Translations under genes and position numbers: made by a program
Notes under the pieces: generated by a model
The model's database searches: none
What the model saw: only the letters and a program-made list of their open reading frames with translations
Told to the model about the DNA's origin: nothing
Source: the human T2T-CHM13v2.0 reference genome, Homo sapiens
Length of the DNA stretch: 64,000 nt
NCBI RefSeq assembly: GCF_009914755.1
Contig: NC_060926.1
Strand: one strand, 5' to 3'
Part shown: positions 1-59,974 of the stretch, piece by piece
Numbering within the stretch: the first letter of the stretch is position 1
How the letters are laid out: the number at the start of each line of letters is the position of its first letter

Positions 1-369
1 GCGATCACAGACTCAGAACACATCCATTTGCTAATCAGATTTGTTTCTTTCCTGGAGGATTGTGACTTTTTAACTGCTGCATCATTAAAAAATTTTTTTT
101 CATATGTTTAAGGTAAGTTCTTTAGCATCAACAGTTCTAAAGGTTCTAAAGGTTCTCTGCCCTTTCAGATCAGTGCCCACTGTTTTATAACATATATTTG
201 TAACATCCCCTTTAGTAGGTTGAAGTGAAATTCATAATCTACCTTACATGAATATTTTCAAATAAATAAAAATTATGTTCTAACAGCAATATCAAGAATT
301 AAAAAGAAAGCAATTTCTAGGAAAATAATATCGACTACAGTATGTAAATGCTTGGGCATAACTACATCA

Positions 370-1083
<714 letters not shown>

Positions 1084-1420
1084 TGATGAGCTGTCAGAGT
1101 TACAATTTTCCAACTTTTAAAACATTTTTTAATAAAAGTCTGCCCTCAATTTATACAATATTTGCATTCCTGGGAAATTCGGTATATATTAAAAACCATA
1201 CAAAAATATTTTATATCTATATATGAAAGGGAGTTGTGTTCTAACCATATATTATTAAAATAGGCATTTCAACTACATGAAAGTGAATGTTTGATGAGAC
1301 GTTTGAAGGTCATGAGGATGAGGGACAATTCTTGACTGTGCTCTTTCCTATCTCAAGGACCTGCTGCCTGCTGTTCCCCCAGCTGGAATGTTCTTTCCCT
1401 GAATCTCCCTGTGAATGGCC

Positions 1421-1726
1421 TTTTTTTTTTTTTTTTTTTTTTTTCTGAGACGGAGTCTCGCTCTGTCGCCCAGGCTGGAGTGCAAGTGGCATGATCTCGG
1501 CTCACTGCAACCTCCGCCTCCCAGGTTCAAGCAATTCTCTACCTCAGCCTCCTGAGTAGCTGGGGTTACAGGCGCCCGCCACCACGCCTGGCTAATTTTT
1601 GTATTTTTAGTAGAGACGGGGTTTCACCATCTTGGCCAGACTGGTCTTGAACTCCCAACCTCGTGATCCACTTGCCTCAGCCTCCCAAAGTGCTGGGATT
1701 ACAGGCATGAGCCACTGCGCCTGGCC
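1421..1726 (-). mobile_element. Alu (AluS-like)
   Basis: Antisense Alu consensus with poly(T). Confidence 0.93.
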
Positions 1727-2787
1727 GGCTCTTTCTTAAACTGAGGACTCAGCTCAAATGTCACCTCCTCAGAACTTTCCTCTCCCCCAGTCACTTTTCA
1801 TTTTGAAATTCCTTCAGAGAACTGAAAATGTTTTCCGTCTCTTTGAAATGTATGTACATATTTTAAAAAGCTAAATAAGCCTCTTGCTAGTTTTGCGTCC
1901 TCAGAAGGTCTTTCTTGCGGGCCTCGGAGCCATCTCTTGGAAATGTGAACATCAAGGATGGTGCTCCATGTTTCTGTCTCTAGGAGGGTTTAAGCCTTGG
2001 CTCTTGGTTCCAAGATAACTTCCCATTATTTTCCTTTGGATAAAGACAATTAATAGGTATGTAATGGATTGTACGTGCCTGACCATATGAAAAGGTGAGA
2101 TTTCCTTTTTTTTGGTCTTTGCACTCTCTTCAGTGGATTGCCTGTGATGTGCATCATGGTACGTTTTAGTACATATCCAATAATAAAACTGTTTCATTCT
2201 TTTGTTGTACATTGCGCATTTCGTGGAAAGAACAGTTTGGGGTTGGCAGGATATTTTAAATTATTTGCCCATATGGGTCCCCCAGTTTTGGGCACTTGTA
2301 TGGCAGGCTGATATTCCCCATTACCTCTCCGTACTAATTTTAACTAGTAAGGGACAGGGGCAAGGGCATGGAGCTTTGGAGTCAGACAACCCTGGCTTTA
2401 AACTGTGCCTTTTATCAGCATTCTGAAGTACTGTATGTTGAAGTAACTTCTCTGAACCCCGAATACTTCATCTATAAAGTTAGGAATAATAAATACGTCA
2501 TAGATTAAGTATGGACATTATCTGATGCATAGCAGGTACTATTCAAATGAAGGAAACGAAGTTATCCTAGGTCCTTTAATGCACTAAATGTGTGCTCCAT
2601 TTCCGCCTTTCTTGGCATCTGTGTGAAATCTCAGGATATAGTGTCCACTAAACTTCAGTGCACTGCCTAATGAGACAACGAACTCCAAGTGCGGACCTTT
2701 TGAGTTTAAACGGGTTTCAGTAGGTAAAATACGTAAAGTTCACAGTACCCTCGCAATTTAGATGGAGGAAAAAAAATCAGTCGGGGG

Positions 2788-2933
2788 GGGGGTCCCCGTA
2801 TGCAAATACAGGAATTACAGAAGAAGACAGGACCCCCGCCGCAGCACCACTTCCCCCTACAGGGCGCAACGTCCCGCCGCTGGCGCGGGGGTGGAGATTT
2901 GCATGTGCGAAGTCGGGAAGAGGGGGAACCACC
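2788..2933. promoter_or_regulatory. Upstream promoter module: two octamers, PU.1/ETS site and kB-like sites
   Basis: ATGCAAAT 2800-2807, ATTTGCAT 2897-2904, CACTTCCCC 2848-2856, GGGGGTCCCC 2788-2797, GGGAACCACC 2924-2933. Confidence 0.7.
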
Positions 2934-3372
2934 TCTCGAAAACCCCGGCCGTCGCCCTCCCAGGCCGGGAGAGTCGGCCCCGCGCGCCCCCAAAAGCTCC
3001 CCAGCGGCCGGCCCTCTCTACGTCATCCGCACCCTCCCGCCCGCTCCTGAACTTTAAACCACACTCGGAAGAACAACCTGGAGGAGGGGGATTTCTCAGG
3101 AGCCAGCGGCCTTCTCACGCTGCTAGCCGTCACCTCCCGGCTCCCGCCGTTCCCTGCGCTCCCGAAGCCCACCCCAAGCTCCCGCTCCCTCGACCCCCTC
3201 CCAAGCCAGCCGCCGCAGCAGCGCCGGGGGCGTATGCGTGGGGGCCGGCGGGGAGCGTGCGCGGGGACAGGCAGGGGCGGGGCGCTGGGGGCGGTCGCGC
3301 GCGCGGCGGCCGCGAGGTCGCCCCGCCCACGCCTCCGGGTGAGGGTTGCTGCGTCGGGCCTACGTCAGCCGC

Positions 3373-3383
3373 GGGAAATTCCC
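3373..3383 (+). promoter_or_regulatory. NF-kB site GGGAAATTCCC
   Basis: Matches the GGGRNNYYCC consensus, just upstream of the 5'UTR; a CRE-like TACGTCA lies at 3361-3367. Confidence 0.8.
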
Positions 3384-3686
3384 CTCCCGCCAGGCTGCTC
3401 GCCTCTCGGCTGGGCCAGCACTCGGCTCTCCCCGCTCCGCCCCCTGCCCCTGGCTCCCGTACGGTGGACGGCGACGCTGGGTGACCCGGGGTGCAAGAAT
3501 TCAGGGGTTGGGAAGGTGTGAGCCGCAAACCCAGCGGAGAGCGGGAAGAAGGAGGAGGCCTCTAGGGTGGTCGGGGGACTGGGGGCCCCGCCGGCAGAGG
3601 TCCCTCGGCCTCCTGACTGACTGACTGCGGCCGCCTCCGGCCAGGACGCTGGGAGCTGCCTGCGGGAAGGTGCGGGGAGCGGAGCC

Positions 3687-44376
<40,690 letters not shown>

Positions 44377-44602
44377 CTTGCAAGATTTAAATCCTTTTAA
44401 ATCTTGATACCACCTATATAGATGCAGCATTTTGTATTTGTCTAACTGGGGATATAATACTATATTTATACTGTATATATAATACTGACTGAGAATATAA
44501 TACTGTATTTGAGAATATAAAAAACTTTTTTCAGGGAAGAAGCATACAACTTTGGACATAGCGAATACAAAATTGGAAGCTGTCATAAAAAGACAACTCA
44601 GA

Positions 44603-44910
44603 GGCCAGGCGCAGGGGCTCACACCTGTAATCCTAGCACTTTGGGAGGCCAAGGCGGGTGGATCACTTGAGACCAGGAATTCGAGACCAGCCTGGCCAAC
44701 ATGGTGAAACCCCGTCTCTACTAAAAATACAAAAATTAGCTGAGCATGGTGGTACGTGCCTGTACTGTCAGCTACTTGGGAGGCTGAGGCACAATAATTG
44801 TTTGAACCCAGGAAGCAGAGGTTGCAGTGAGCTGAGATCACACCACCGCACTCCAGCCTGGGTGACAGAGTGAGACTCTGTCTCAAAAAAAAAAAAACAA
44901 AAAAAACACA
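44603..44910 (+). mobile_element. Sense Alu in the REL 3'UTR
   Basis: Alu consensus with poly(A). Confidence 0.95.
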
Positions 44911-45289
44911 CTTTTTTATATTTCTTTTTATAATGTTTTAATGTATTCTTAAATTTCAAGCAAATTTAAGATAAAACTTGTAATGGCTATGCCATTGAAA
45001 AACTTAATTTTTTATTTTTGAGGCCCATGGGCCAAGGTAACCCCTAAGGGGTTTTCTTAGGCTTCTTGGAGCTTAGATTTGTATGTATATCAAAATGTCT
45101 TTAAAATGTTAAGTTGGGCAGAAGGCAGTTGAAGTGAGCTTTCAAGGTATGGGAGGTTTTCTACATTTTATACTATTTCAATCTATGCCTTTAAAGTTGC
45201 TTATGATTTTAGCTGTACACTCATTTTTTAAGGGGAAGAAGTTTCCTTGGACCATTCGCCTTTCTTAGATGTCCTCACTCCCTGTGATC

Positions 45290-46230
45290 TCATAAAACTG
45301 CCTATTTGACATCTCTATCTAGAAATCTAATTAAAGCTCACACTCAGCATATCCAAAACTGAATTCTTGGTCTTCCCTCCCAAACTTGCTTCTCCTTCAG
45401 TCTTCTCCAACTCAGTAAATGGCAATGCCATACTTCTGGTTGCTCAGGCCAAAAACCCTGAAGTCATCCTTGATTCTTCTTTTAGCACCCATATCCAATC
45501 CATTAGCAAATCTGGTAGACCCTACCTTCACAATATATCTAAAGCTGACCACCTCTTTTGACCTCTACTATTAACGCCCTATTCCAAGCCACCATCATCT
45601 CTTCCCTGGATTGAAGCTGTCATCTACAAAAATTCTTCTTATATCCTTGCATTCCTACAGTCTGTTCCCCATAAAGTAGCCAGAATGATTATTTTTAAAA
45701 CAAGTCAACTCATACCATTCATCTGCTCAAAACCATTCATTGGCTTCTCATCTCACTCAGAGCAGTCAAAGTCCTTAAAAGTTGCAGGCCTAGACTCCCT
45801 GTCCTACCTCAGGTACCACCATATCCCACCTCCTCATGCAGCTCCAGGCACCTTGGCCTCAGTGCTCCTCAAAGCATCAAGTATGCACTTGCCTTGGACA
45901 GTCTGTACTTGGTATTCCCTCTGCCTTGAATGTTGTTCTCCCAGAAAAATGCATAGTTCACTCTTACATCCTTCAGGTGTCACTCCACTGTTACCTGAGC
46001 AGGTCGTCCTTGAATATATACATCAGCATTCCCTTTCCCCCCTGCTTTATGTATGTCCATAGCACTCACCACGATCTGACTTTACTAAGTATTTATTCAT
46101 TTACTGTTTGTTTTCCCATACCGAAATATAAACTTTCTAAGGACAGAAATTTTTGTGCTTTATTGTTGAATCTCCAATTTGTAGAAAAATGCCTACTTTA
46201 TATTAAACACTCAGTAAATGTTTATTGAAC
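45290..46230 (+). mobile_element. L2 3' remnant in the 3'UTR
   Basis: L2 motifs (GTTGCTCAGGCCAAAAACC, ATCTGCTCAAAACC) and 3' end CTCAGTAAATGTTTATTGAA. Confidence 0.75.
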
Positions 46231-49200
46231 ATTAAAAGTATTACTAATAGAACTTTGGTTTTTGAAAGAAATAATAACTTTAATTATAAGACGTATATGA
46301 TTTTTGCAGTTTTACTTAGTGTGACATTGGGTTTATGAGAATCGTGTACATTCAAGTCCAGGAATAATAATGGTCATCCAAATTGTTTGAAAGGAAAATA
46401 ATCCCAGTGGCAAAATGATGGTAGAATTTGGGTAATCTTTTTTTTCCTTTTATGAAAAGAGATTTTATTGAAGGTAAAACATTAGAGGTTCATTGAGAAT
46501 CTCTAAATCCATGTTTTGACATTGTCAAGCTCATTGCAACTTCCAGATTGAGTAACACTTATAACACATTTCCTTTTCAAAGTGCAAGATTTTTAAAAGA
46601 GACTTGTCACATATTCATTTGGCTGGTTTCAAATGGTGAGCTGAATGCTGGGTAATCTCTACTAGCTCCTTAATCAGATTTAAAATTCTCAGTGTTTCCT
46701 AGTTGTTTCTGCATACTTTATGTGAGTTGTTATAGCTGTAACATTACACTTTATTTGCTGTTTGTGTTTCGTGACTTTTGGTAATTCTGGCATTTAGAAA
46801 CCTTTCACTTTGCTTCAAAACGTAGTTATATTTTGGAGTTTTCATTTGATATATAATTATTTATTTTGCCCTTTTATTTCCCAAAGACATTGTAAGGGTT
46901 AATTAGATCATTATATTTTATTATTACAGATTAAAGTTGGGCAGTAATCTTAATTATGATGGAATTATCATTATGCTAAGTAATTAACTTTACCTAGTTT
47001 GTTTTACAACTAGAACCTGCCCTAAATGTTGAATATCTTCCTAGCAAGAAACAGTCTGTCATTTTACTTACACGATGTCTAACCAAACCATAACTTTACA
47101 TAAACTAGTCGTTTCGGTCAAATAGAAAAATGTGTGAATGCCATAAAAACAAAAATTCTCAGTTAAATGATACTGGGAAATAGGGAAGACAGCAAAGTGA
47201 GACTTGGGCTCAGGATGGTTCAGGAAGAAAAAAAAAGAAAGACCCCTGAGTACCATTAATATTCCTCAGAAATTATTATTTCAAAAGGAAATATTTCTGT
47301 ATTATAAATTTTTCATGAGCAGCCATTATGAAATCTCACAAGAATCATAGAATTCAATAAAAAAGGTAGAAAGTAATTTTTTTACTTAAAAATATAAATT
47401 AAAATAAATTTTTAAAATCATAAGCACATAAATAGAACTTACCAGGGAGAAAGAAAAACCTGAAGGCACAATTTCTTTTCTGTTCAAAATGTGAACCCAG
47501 GATGTCTCTAGATGATGATGGATGATAGGTGGGGAGATTTTTTTTTTTTTAATACAGAATCTCATAGTTTTGGATTAATTAGCACCAATCAGTTTAAACA
47601 CTGACTGTTAGAATAGCTGCATGGGTTTTTTTCTTTAAACTAATTAAGCGTTGGCTACTTAGTATAAGTAAGTATAAGCCGAATTAAGGTTCTGCTACAT
47701 CTGTGTTTAGAATATTTTTTTAAAACTAAATAAGTGTTGGCTAGTTTTGCGGTGTAAGCAGAATTAAGGTTCTGCTACCTCTGTGTTTAGAATATTCCCA
47801 ATGGATTTTTCATTTTTCAGGTGCTATTTTTTGACCCTGTATAGACTTTAATTTAAAATGAATTTGGTAACGTTTCTCCTCTGTCTCTACATATATTCAT
47901 GCTTTCACCTGCTCTTTTAACACCTGCTTTTAGTATCTGAGGCACTTTTTCTGAACTCTACTTGTGCACTGGATCCCTCCTCCTTTCTCTGCCAGGCTGT
48001 GTTTACTTTATCCTTACATCACCACTTAGTGATTCCTTTCTTTGTATAAACATGGTAAATGTCTTCATTAGCCTAAAAGGAAAGACCAAATAAAACCTTT
48101 CCTACCACTTGGATGCATTTGCATCCTGACTTCTGAAATGCCTCCAGCCTCCATTTTCTCCCTTCCCAGTTATTCCTTAGCCCAGCCATCTCTGTCTTTA
48201 GCTCCTACAATTTTCTTAGGATATTCTGGGAAAGATGAGCGGAGACTGCCCGCCTTGTCAAATCTAGTGTCTTTTTTTCAGTCCTCACACTGCTTGACCT
48301 ATGTATAACCTCCTATACTTCCCTCTTTGCATACTCCTCTGGGTTTTCTGTGGTAGTCAAGATTCCTCCCTGAGATTTATTTCCCATGAGTCTTGACCCC
48401 TCCCCTCAGTTGGTGCTATTTCCCCCTACCCGCCCTCCGATGATCTTATCAGAGCCCACAGGTTCAGTTTTCTTTCATGCTACCTGAATGTCCTGATAAA
48501 CTGGCTCACTCTCTTCTTTACCTTCCATAATGGCATTACCATTTACCACGCCACCCAAGATACTTACTAGGAACCTCAAAGTATTGTATTCTTTTTCTCC
48601 ATCACACTCATACTTAATCATCAAGTCCTTTTGAGCTTGTCTCCTCTTGAATATGTCCCTTCTTAATTCCTGCTGCCTTCTTAGTAAAGGCCTTCATTCT
48701 TTTTTCCCTAGTAATAATCTTTTCCATATGTTCCAGTTAAAATACCATGTTCTCCCTATTCCTTATTACATAGCTAGCATTCCTTGAAAAAAAACAATTC
48801 TCTCAGGCCTCCATACCTTTAGCATGTTACCCACTCTGCCTCTGCTCTTCTGGAACTAGAACACTCATCCTTGAAGGCTGGGCTTCTGTATGAAGGTTGG
48901 TCCTGCCTCCTTACTTGAGGTGAAGCTTTGTACATGCCTGTATTACGGACATCCTCTTATTTAAGTGTTTGTCTCTTTCGTCATTGGGACTCCAGCACCC
49001 AGCATAGTCCCTAGTATACTAGTTGGTGCCGAATAAATAGTAGCTATTATTAGAAAAGGAAGGGTGAAATTGACATGGGAGTTAGTAAAATGTATATGGA
49101 AATGATTTTTAAAGGGAAAGGTAATGATTTTCTGGCAGGAAAAGCAGCAATGACAAGATTACTTAAGTCTTGTGAAATAACACTTCTCTTCCTTGACCTG

Positions 49201-49870
49201 CTGCTTCCCTTTTTTACCACACACACACGCACACATACCACAGCCCTTTGAGACTGAAAGCAGCTCTATTGAGAATAGTAGTGTCAACTGTATTATGTAG
49301 AAATTCTAAAGTTTTTGGGATTATTTCATAGCCCTGACCTTGCTACTTCTCTCCACTTTATGTGGCAGGTTTAATCTCAGGTCTCCCTCATACACTTCTC
49401 AGCCTCAGCACCTAACCCTCACACAACACTCCAGTATTGATGCAGTCAATCTTGTATAACATTTTTTGAATGTCCAATGTGCAAAGCACGATGTTGGAAA
49501 TTATACAGAGGTGAATAAGACAAAAACTCTTGCTCTCAAAGATGTCAGTCTTTTTCTTTGCAAGGATAACACATGTAGAGTAAAATGCATAAAGGGGACT
49601 AATTTTAAATGTACAGCTTAATTAATTTTTATGTATGTTAACACCCATGTCACCACCATGTTTAGGACATTTCCAGCACCCCTGAAATTTCCTTCATGCC
49701 CCTTCCCAGTCTGTACCTACACCTCTAAATCTATTTTCAATCTTAATGGCCTTTTAAATAACTGGGCTTCTCACAACCATAGTGAACAGAAACAGCTGGG
49801 TTGTCAACGTCTAACCTAATACTTCAGGAAAACTCATGATGGTTTCCATGTTAAGAGAGACATGGAGCAG

Positions 49871-51870
<2,000 letters not shown>

Positions 51871-53424
51871 CTAATGGCATCAAATAATTTGTTATATCTT
51901 TAATTTATTGAAGGATCACCACATGCTTTTAAATAGCATGGAGAAATGGAAAGAATAGGGACTTTTTACTCAGGTAATACCCAGCCTGCTACCTAACAGG
52001 TTGTGTTGTACTAAATAAAATGGTACATAAGAAGAAACACTGTAAATTATATAGTGCGAATCAAATATTGTTAATAAACCAATATCTGTATATCCTATGT
52101 CCCGGATTAATCTTTAATTTAGATACTCCTTCTAGTTATCTAATACACAGCAGAGTGAGAAAAATCATTATGGATTAGGTTCTTTAGTAAGAAACCTGAG
52201 ATGGACTTCTCATTAGCATTAACTAGTTATTGCCCAGCTTTGGAGAGCCTTCTTTTGGCTTATCATTTATTATAAGCCCAGAAATAGGTGACTAATCAGA
52301 GATAAATGTATGGGTTGTCTGTATCTAGTTTTATGCCTTTTTTTTGCCTAAGACGTAGTCAAATTAATATTTTAACTAATACATCTTAGCAGAGTTTAGT
52401 TAAGCACAAAGTTAACAGTGGGTAGGATTGAATCTTGAAAGTAATCATGTCTGTAATGTTTTTCATGCATGCAAAAAGCACAGACAAAACCACTCATGCC
52501 CTATTAATAAAATACAGATCAAAGTTTTCAAAAGTAATCACTCTATTTATTCTAAATGTCTGTGGCTTTAGGAAAATACCACCAGCTAGTACTTACCTAT
52601 TTAAAGATGTAGAATTTATTATCCTCTAATATTCTTATCAGTTGTTTCCACAACTTTAGTTTACTATTGGACTTTCAAAAATTTAAAGAATTACAAGTAA
52701 AATTCATTAAACACTTGTGTGTGAATAGTAATACACAGTAATTAGTACAGCATGTTGCTTCTTCAACAAATTGAGTTTTCAGGGAAATCAGCAAGTAAAT
52801 GAAATATAAATTTTTGGTAAAAGTATCAAACATTCATCTTGCCCATTTTTCCTCTTAAACTTTATTATCTAATCAAACATAGTTTTCCATAAGATGTAAT
52901 AAAATATAGATAAGGTTGGAATATTTGAGGATCCATTTGTGGAACTGAATTTAATGAGACTTCATTGGTGATACACTCAATTTTTACTGGGTAATTAGCT
53001 AATAATGTTGGTCACTGTCTCACAGTTCAAGTAGCTTTAAGATGATGTGGCAAGGAAAACACAAAGCTTTTGGGTAACCAGCGTTCTTAAATGTATGGTT
53101 TTTGACCAGGTGAACCCTTTAGAAGTGATTTCTGTTTTAAAAGTATGTACTTAAAATACCTTTGGCTGTGATGAATGTAGATCCCAGCAGAATACCAAAA
53201 TCCTATTTTTTTTGACTGAGTATTTGTAGATGCTTAATGACTGAAATGAATTTGGAGGCACTGATGAAAGTGATTTTTTTAAAGTTCTCAGGTACTGTTC
53301 AATTATTTAATGTTAAGTTTAGTATCAAGATACAGTTGTTTTTAAAATGCCAAAATGCTGTTTATTATACAGAATATTTTATTACATTTGCAATATCTTT
53401 GTATATAGTGATTTTTTTCTTGAT

Positions 53425-53430
53425 AATAAA
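53425..53430 (+). terminator. Probable distal polyadenylation signal of REL
   Basis: AATAAA with upstream TGTA elements and a downstream TTTTGTTG U/GU-rich tract; repeat-rich sequence starts shortly after. Confidence 0.65.
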
Positions 53431-53689
53431 TGGAAAAATTCTAAAACACTTGCTGAAATTTTGTTGCTATTTAACTTTTAAAATATCAGATTTTCTTCAT
53501 ATTTATAGCATCTTCCTAACAGGAAAAGGTAGTTTTAGTTGCTTAGAAACATTAGACATTTTTATGGAATGCTGTTGCTGAATATGGTTGCATTTGTAAC
53601 TGTCCTTTGAAATAATTTTGTAGAGTACTGAAGTGCCTTTTTACAAGATTTTTTTCCTTTTTCCTTTTCTGGCTTAACCAACAAAAATC

Positions 53690-54140
<451 letters not shown>

Positions 54141-54149
54141 TAAATCCTT

Positions 54150-57750
<3,601 letters not shown>

Positions 57751-57755
57751 TCTCC

Positions 57756-59886
57756 TTTTTTTTTCAAGGCTTAACATGTAATTTAACAAGTTGATGCTGC
57801 ATTGCTGCTCCATTTCTCAGAAAAACTTCAAATTTAAAGTATCAGCAACAAATCAAACATAGTACATCAATTAAATATGCACAGCATAACTACTATCTAA
57901 GATAGGCAAGGCTAAGAGCTACTCTCAGACCTTCAGCATACAGCAACTCTGTTTCCAAGATTGTACTAGGCCTATCAAGAAAAGTTGTGAACAGCAACAT
58001 CATAGACACAAAACGGCCATTCCTGGTTGTCCTTATCCAAGAAAAAGATTGAGGCAAGTTAACACAAGATTTTTAAAAAAGATACACTGAAATGAAAGTC
58101 TCTAAGAGAAAATGTCTTCCTTAGGACAAGAAGGGATAATATATCGGATATAAAAGAACTATACGTACATTGTTTGTGACCTCTGTGGACATTTGCCTGA
58201 ATTCTCACCTGGGAGTGAATGGAGCAGTGGGGCGAAGGTCATTGGAGGAGGTTGTGTTTTGTGGTGTATGTGGCAGTGTCTCTGGGGTTGGGGAGTGTAT
58301 GGATAAGAAAGCAAATGAAACAGGATGGAGAAAAAAAGAACGATCAAGATTAATGGGTCTCTAACTGGATTCATTTCACTGTAGTTCCCCCAGGTCTTCA
58401 ACAGTCACATTTGAGACCTCAGTAATGCACCACAGAGAACTCATCAGTTAAACAATATACCACACAGAACTGGTTTGTTAAATACCACTCCTCCCTTGCC
58501 CTCTTCCTCCAAAATACTCCCTACAGTAGTATAGGTAGGGTAGACCTAACTATTGGGAGGAATCTCTTAACATTTTTCTAGGGTAGAATTCTGGCTAGTC
58601 CAAAAAGGGCCCTTTTAAAGGTTTTGAGAAACTAGACACTGCAGCTTTATTAGTATCAGCAACGTGTGTTTGGAGTAAATTCAGCTCCAGGAGTTGCACA
58701 ATTCAATGCAGGAGGAGTTCCGCCAATTGCCCCAATTCCTTCCGTTGCAGCAGCTTGGCCAAAGCATTCCGTTGTTGGTGGGGTCAATCTAGCATCATAG
58801 GTTCAGGTTCTGGAGGAGCTGGGCTGCCAGCTGGCACAGAAGCAGGGGGCATGGTGCCTCCGTTATGCCTATAGCACCTCCCACAGCCATCTGGCCCATC
58901 TGTATCTCCTGCTGTCTCATATCAGAGAAGGTTCCAGTGAATCTTTCCTGCCATTACCAGTGCATTGCTTCCTCCTAGTGCCTGCACTCCTCTCGCATGG
59001 GCTCCAGTTGCCGTCGTTTTTGCATCTCTTGATTGTTCAGCTTTTCCATCCTCCACAGCTCTTCTTGACACCTCATCAAATCCTGCCTCATTAGCATGAC
59101 CTGGCATTGATGAAGGCGAGCAACCTCCATCTCCATCTCCAGCTTCTCATGAGCCTCCTTGATATTGCAGTCCACTTCGTCCTGCTGCTGCTTCTCCATC
59201 TCAATGAGTACCCTCTAGTGCATGGCATACTTATATTCAAAAGCCATGCTGTGCACACTGGGGTGGCTGTTCTCACTCCTTGTGAAATTGCTGGTTCTTT
59301 ACAACCAGCTTCTCTGGAAGTCCTTCTTTGTCACCTAATTAGCCTATGGGCTACACAGTAACAGGATGAGGAAACGTGGTTAACAGGAAGAAGCCCTCAC
59401 TGCATCTGTCCTGAGCTTTCTGAGCAACTGGCTGTCCTGAGAACTCAACAATGCCTTTCCCTAAGGGCCTTCCTTGATCATCCACAATGACTACAGCCCT
59501 CTCCACCTGGCCAAAGAAAAGTCTTCTTCCAAAAGTTTGTTAGAAGGTTTCAGACTGTAAGGGATGCACTATGGCAGGCAGGGTGCGCACAGCTGCATAC
59601 TGTCCAGACCCACTTTGGCAATCTCCACTAGGGTTCGTGCTTCCAAGTGCATAAAGCCAAAGCCTTCATCCTTATGAAGACCTCACCTGCCTTCCCATAT
59701 TTCTTTTTTGTTGTCGTTTTTAATTTTTTCATTTTTCCTTTTTGTTAATTTATTTAAACTCTCTTTCTGTGAAATTGCCTTCCCATATTTCTCACAGTTT
59801 CCTCATTTCCTCCTCAGTGATGTCAGAAGGAACACTGCCCACAAAGAAATATTTGGCCTCGTTTGGTGAAGGGCTTCTTTCCTGGG
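57756..59886 (-). pseudogene. NONOP2: 5'-truncated processed pseudogene of NONO (p54nrb), including 3'UTR and poly(A)
   Basis: Intronless fragments PGKKPFT / FVGSVPSDITEEEMRKL / [35 protein letters not shown] match NONO RRM1 and coiled-coil; parental stop TACTAATAA at 58647-58655; frameshifts and stops. The symbol is from recall. Confidence 0.93.
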
Positions 59887-59974
59887 CTGCAGTGTGGAGC
59901 CTGAGGAGAATGTCTGAGGGCAGCAGGGAGGGGACTGTGAATTGAGGCAGCAATAGATTGGTTATTTTTGAGGT

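Noticed and set aside
45039-45053. AACCCC-TAA-GGGGTT hairpin as a Roquin CDE
   Set aside because: Loop UAA is not Y-R-Y and a 6-7 bp stem is expected by chance in 9 kb
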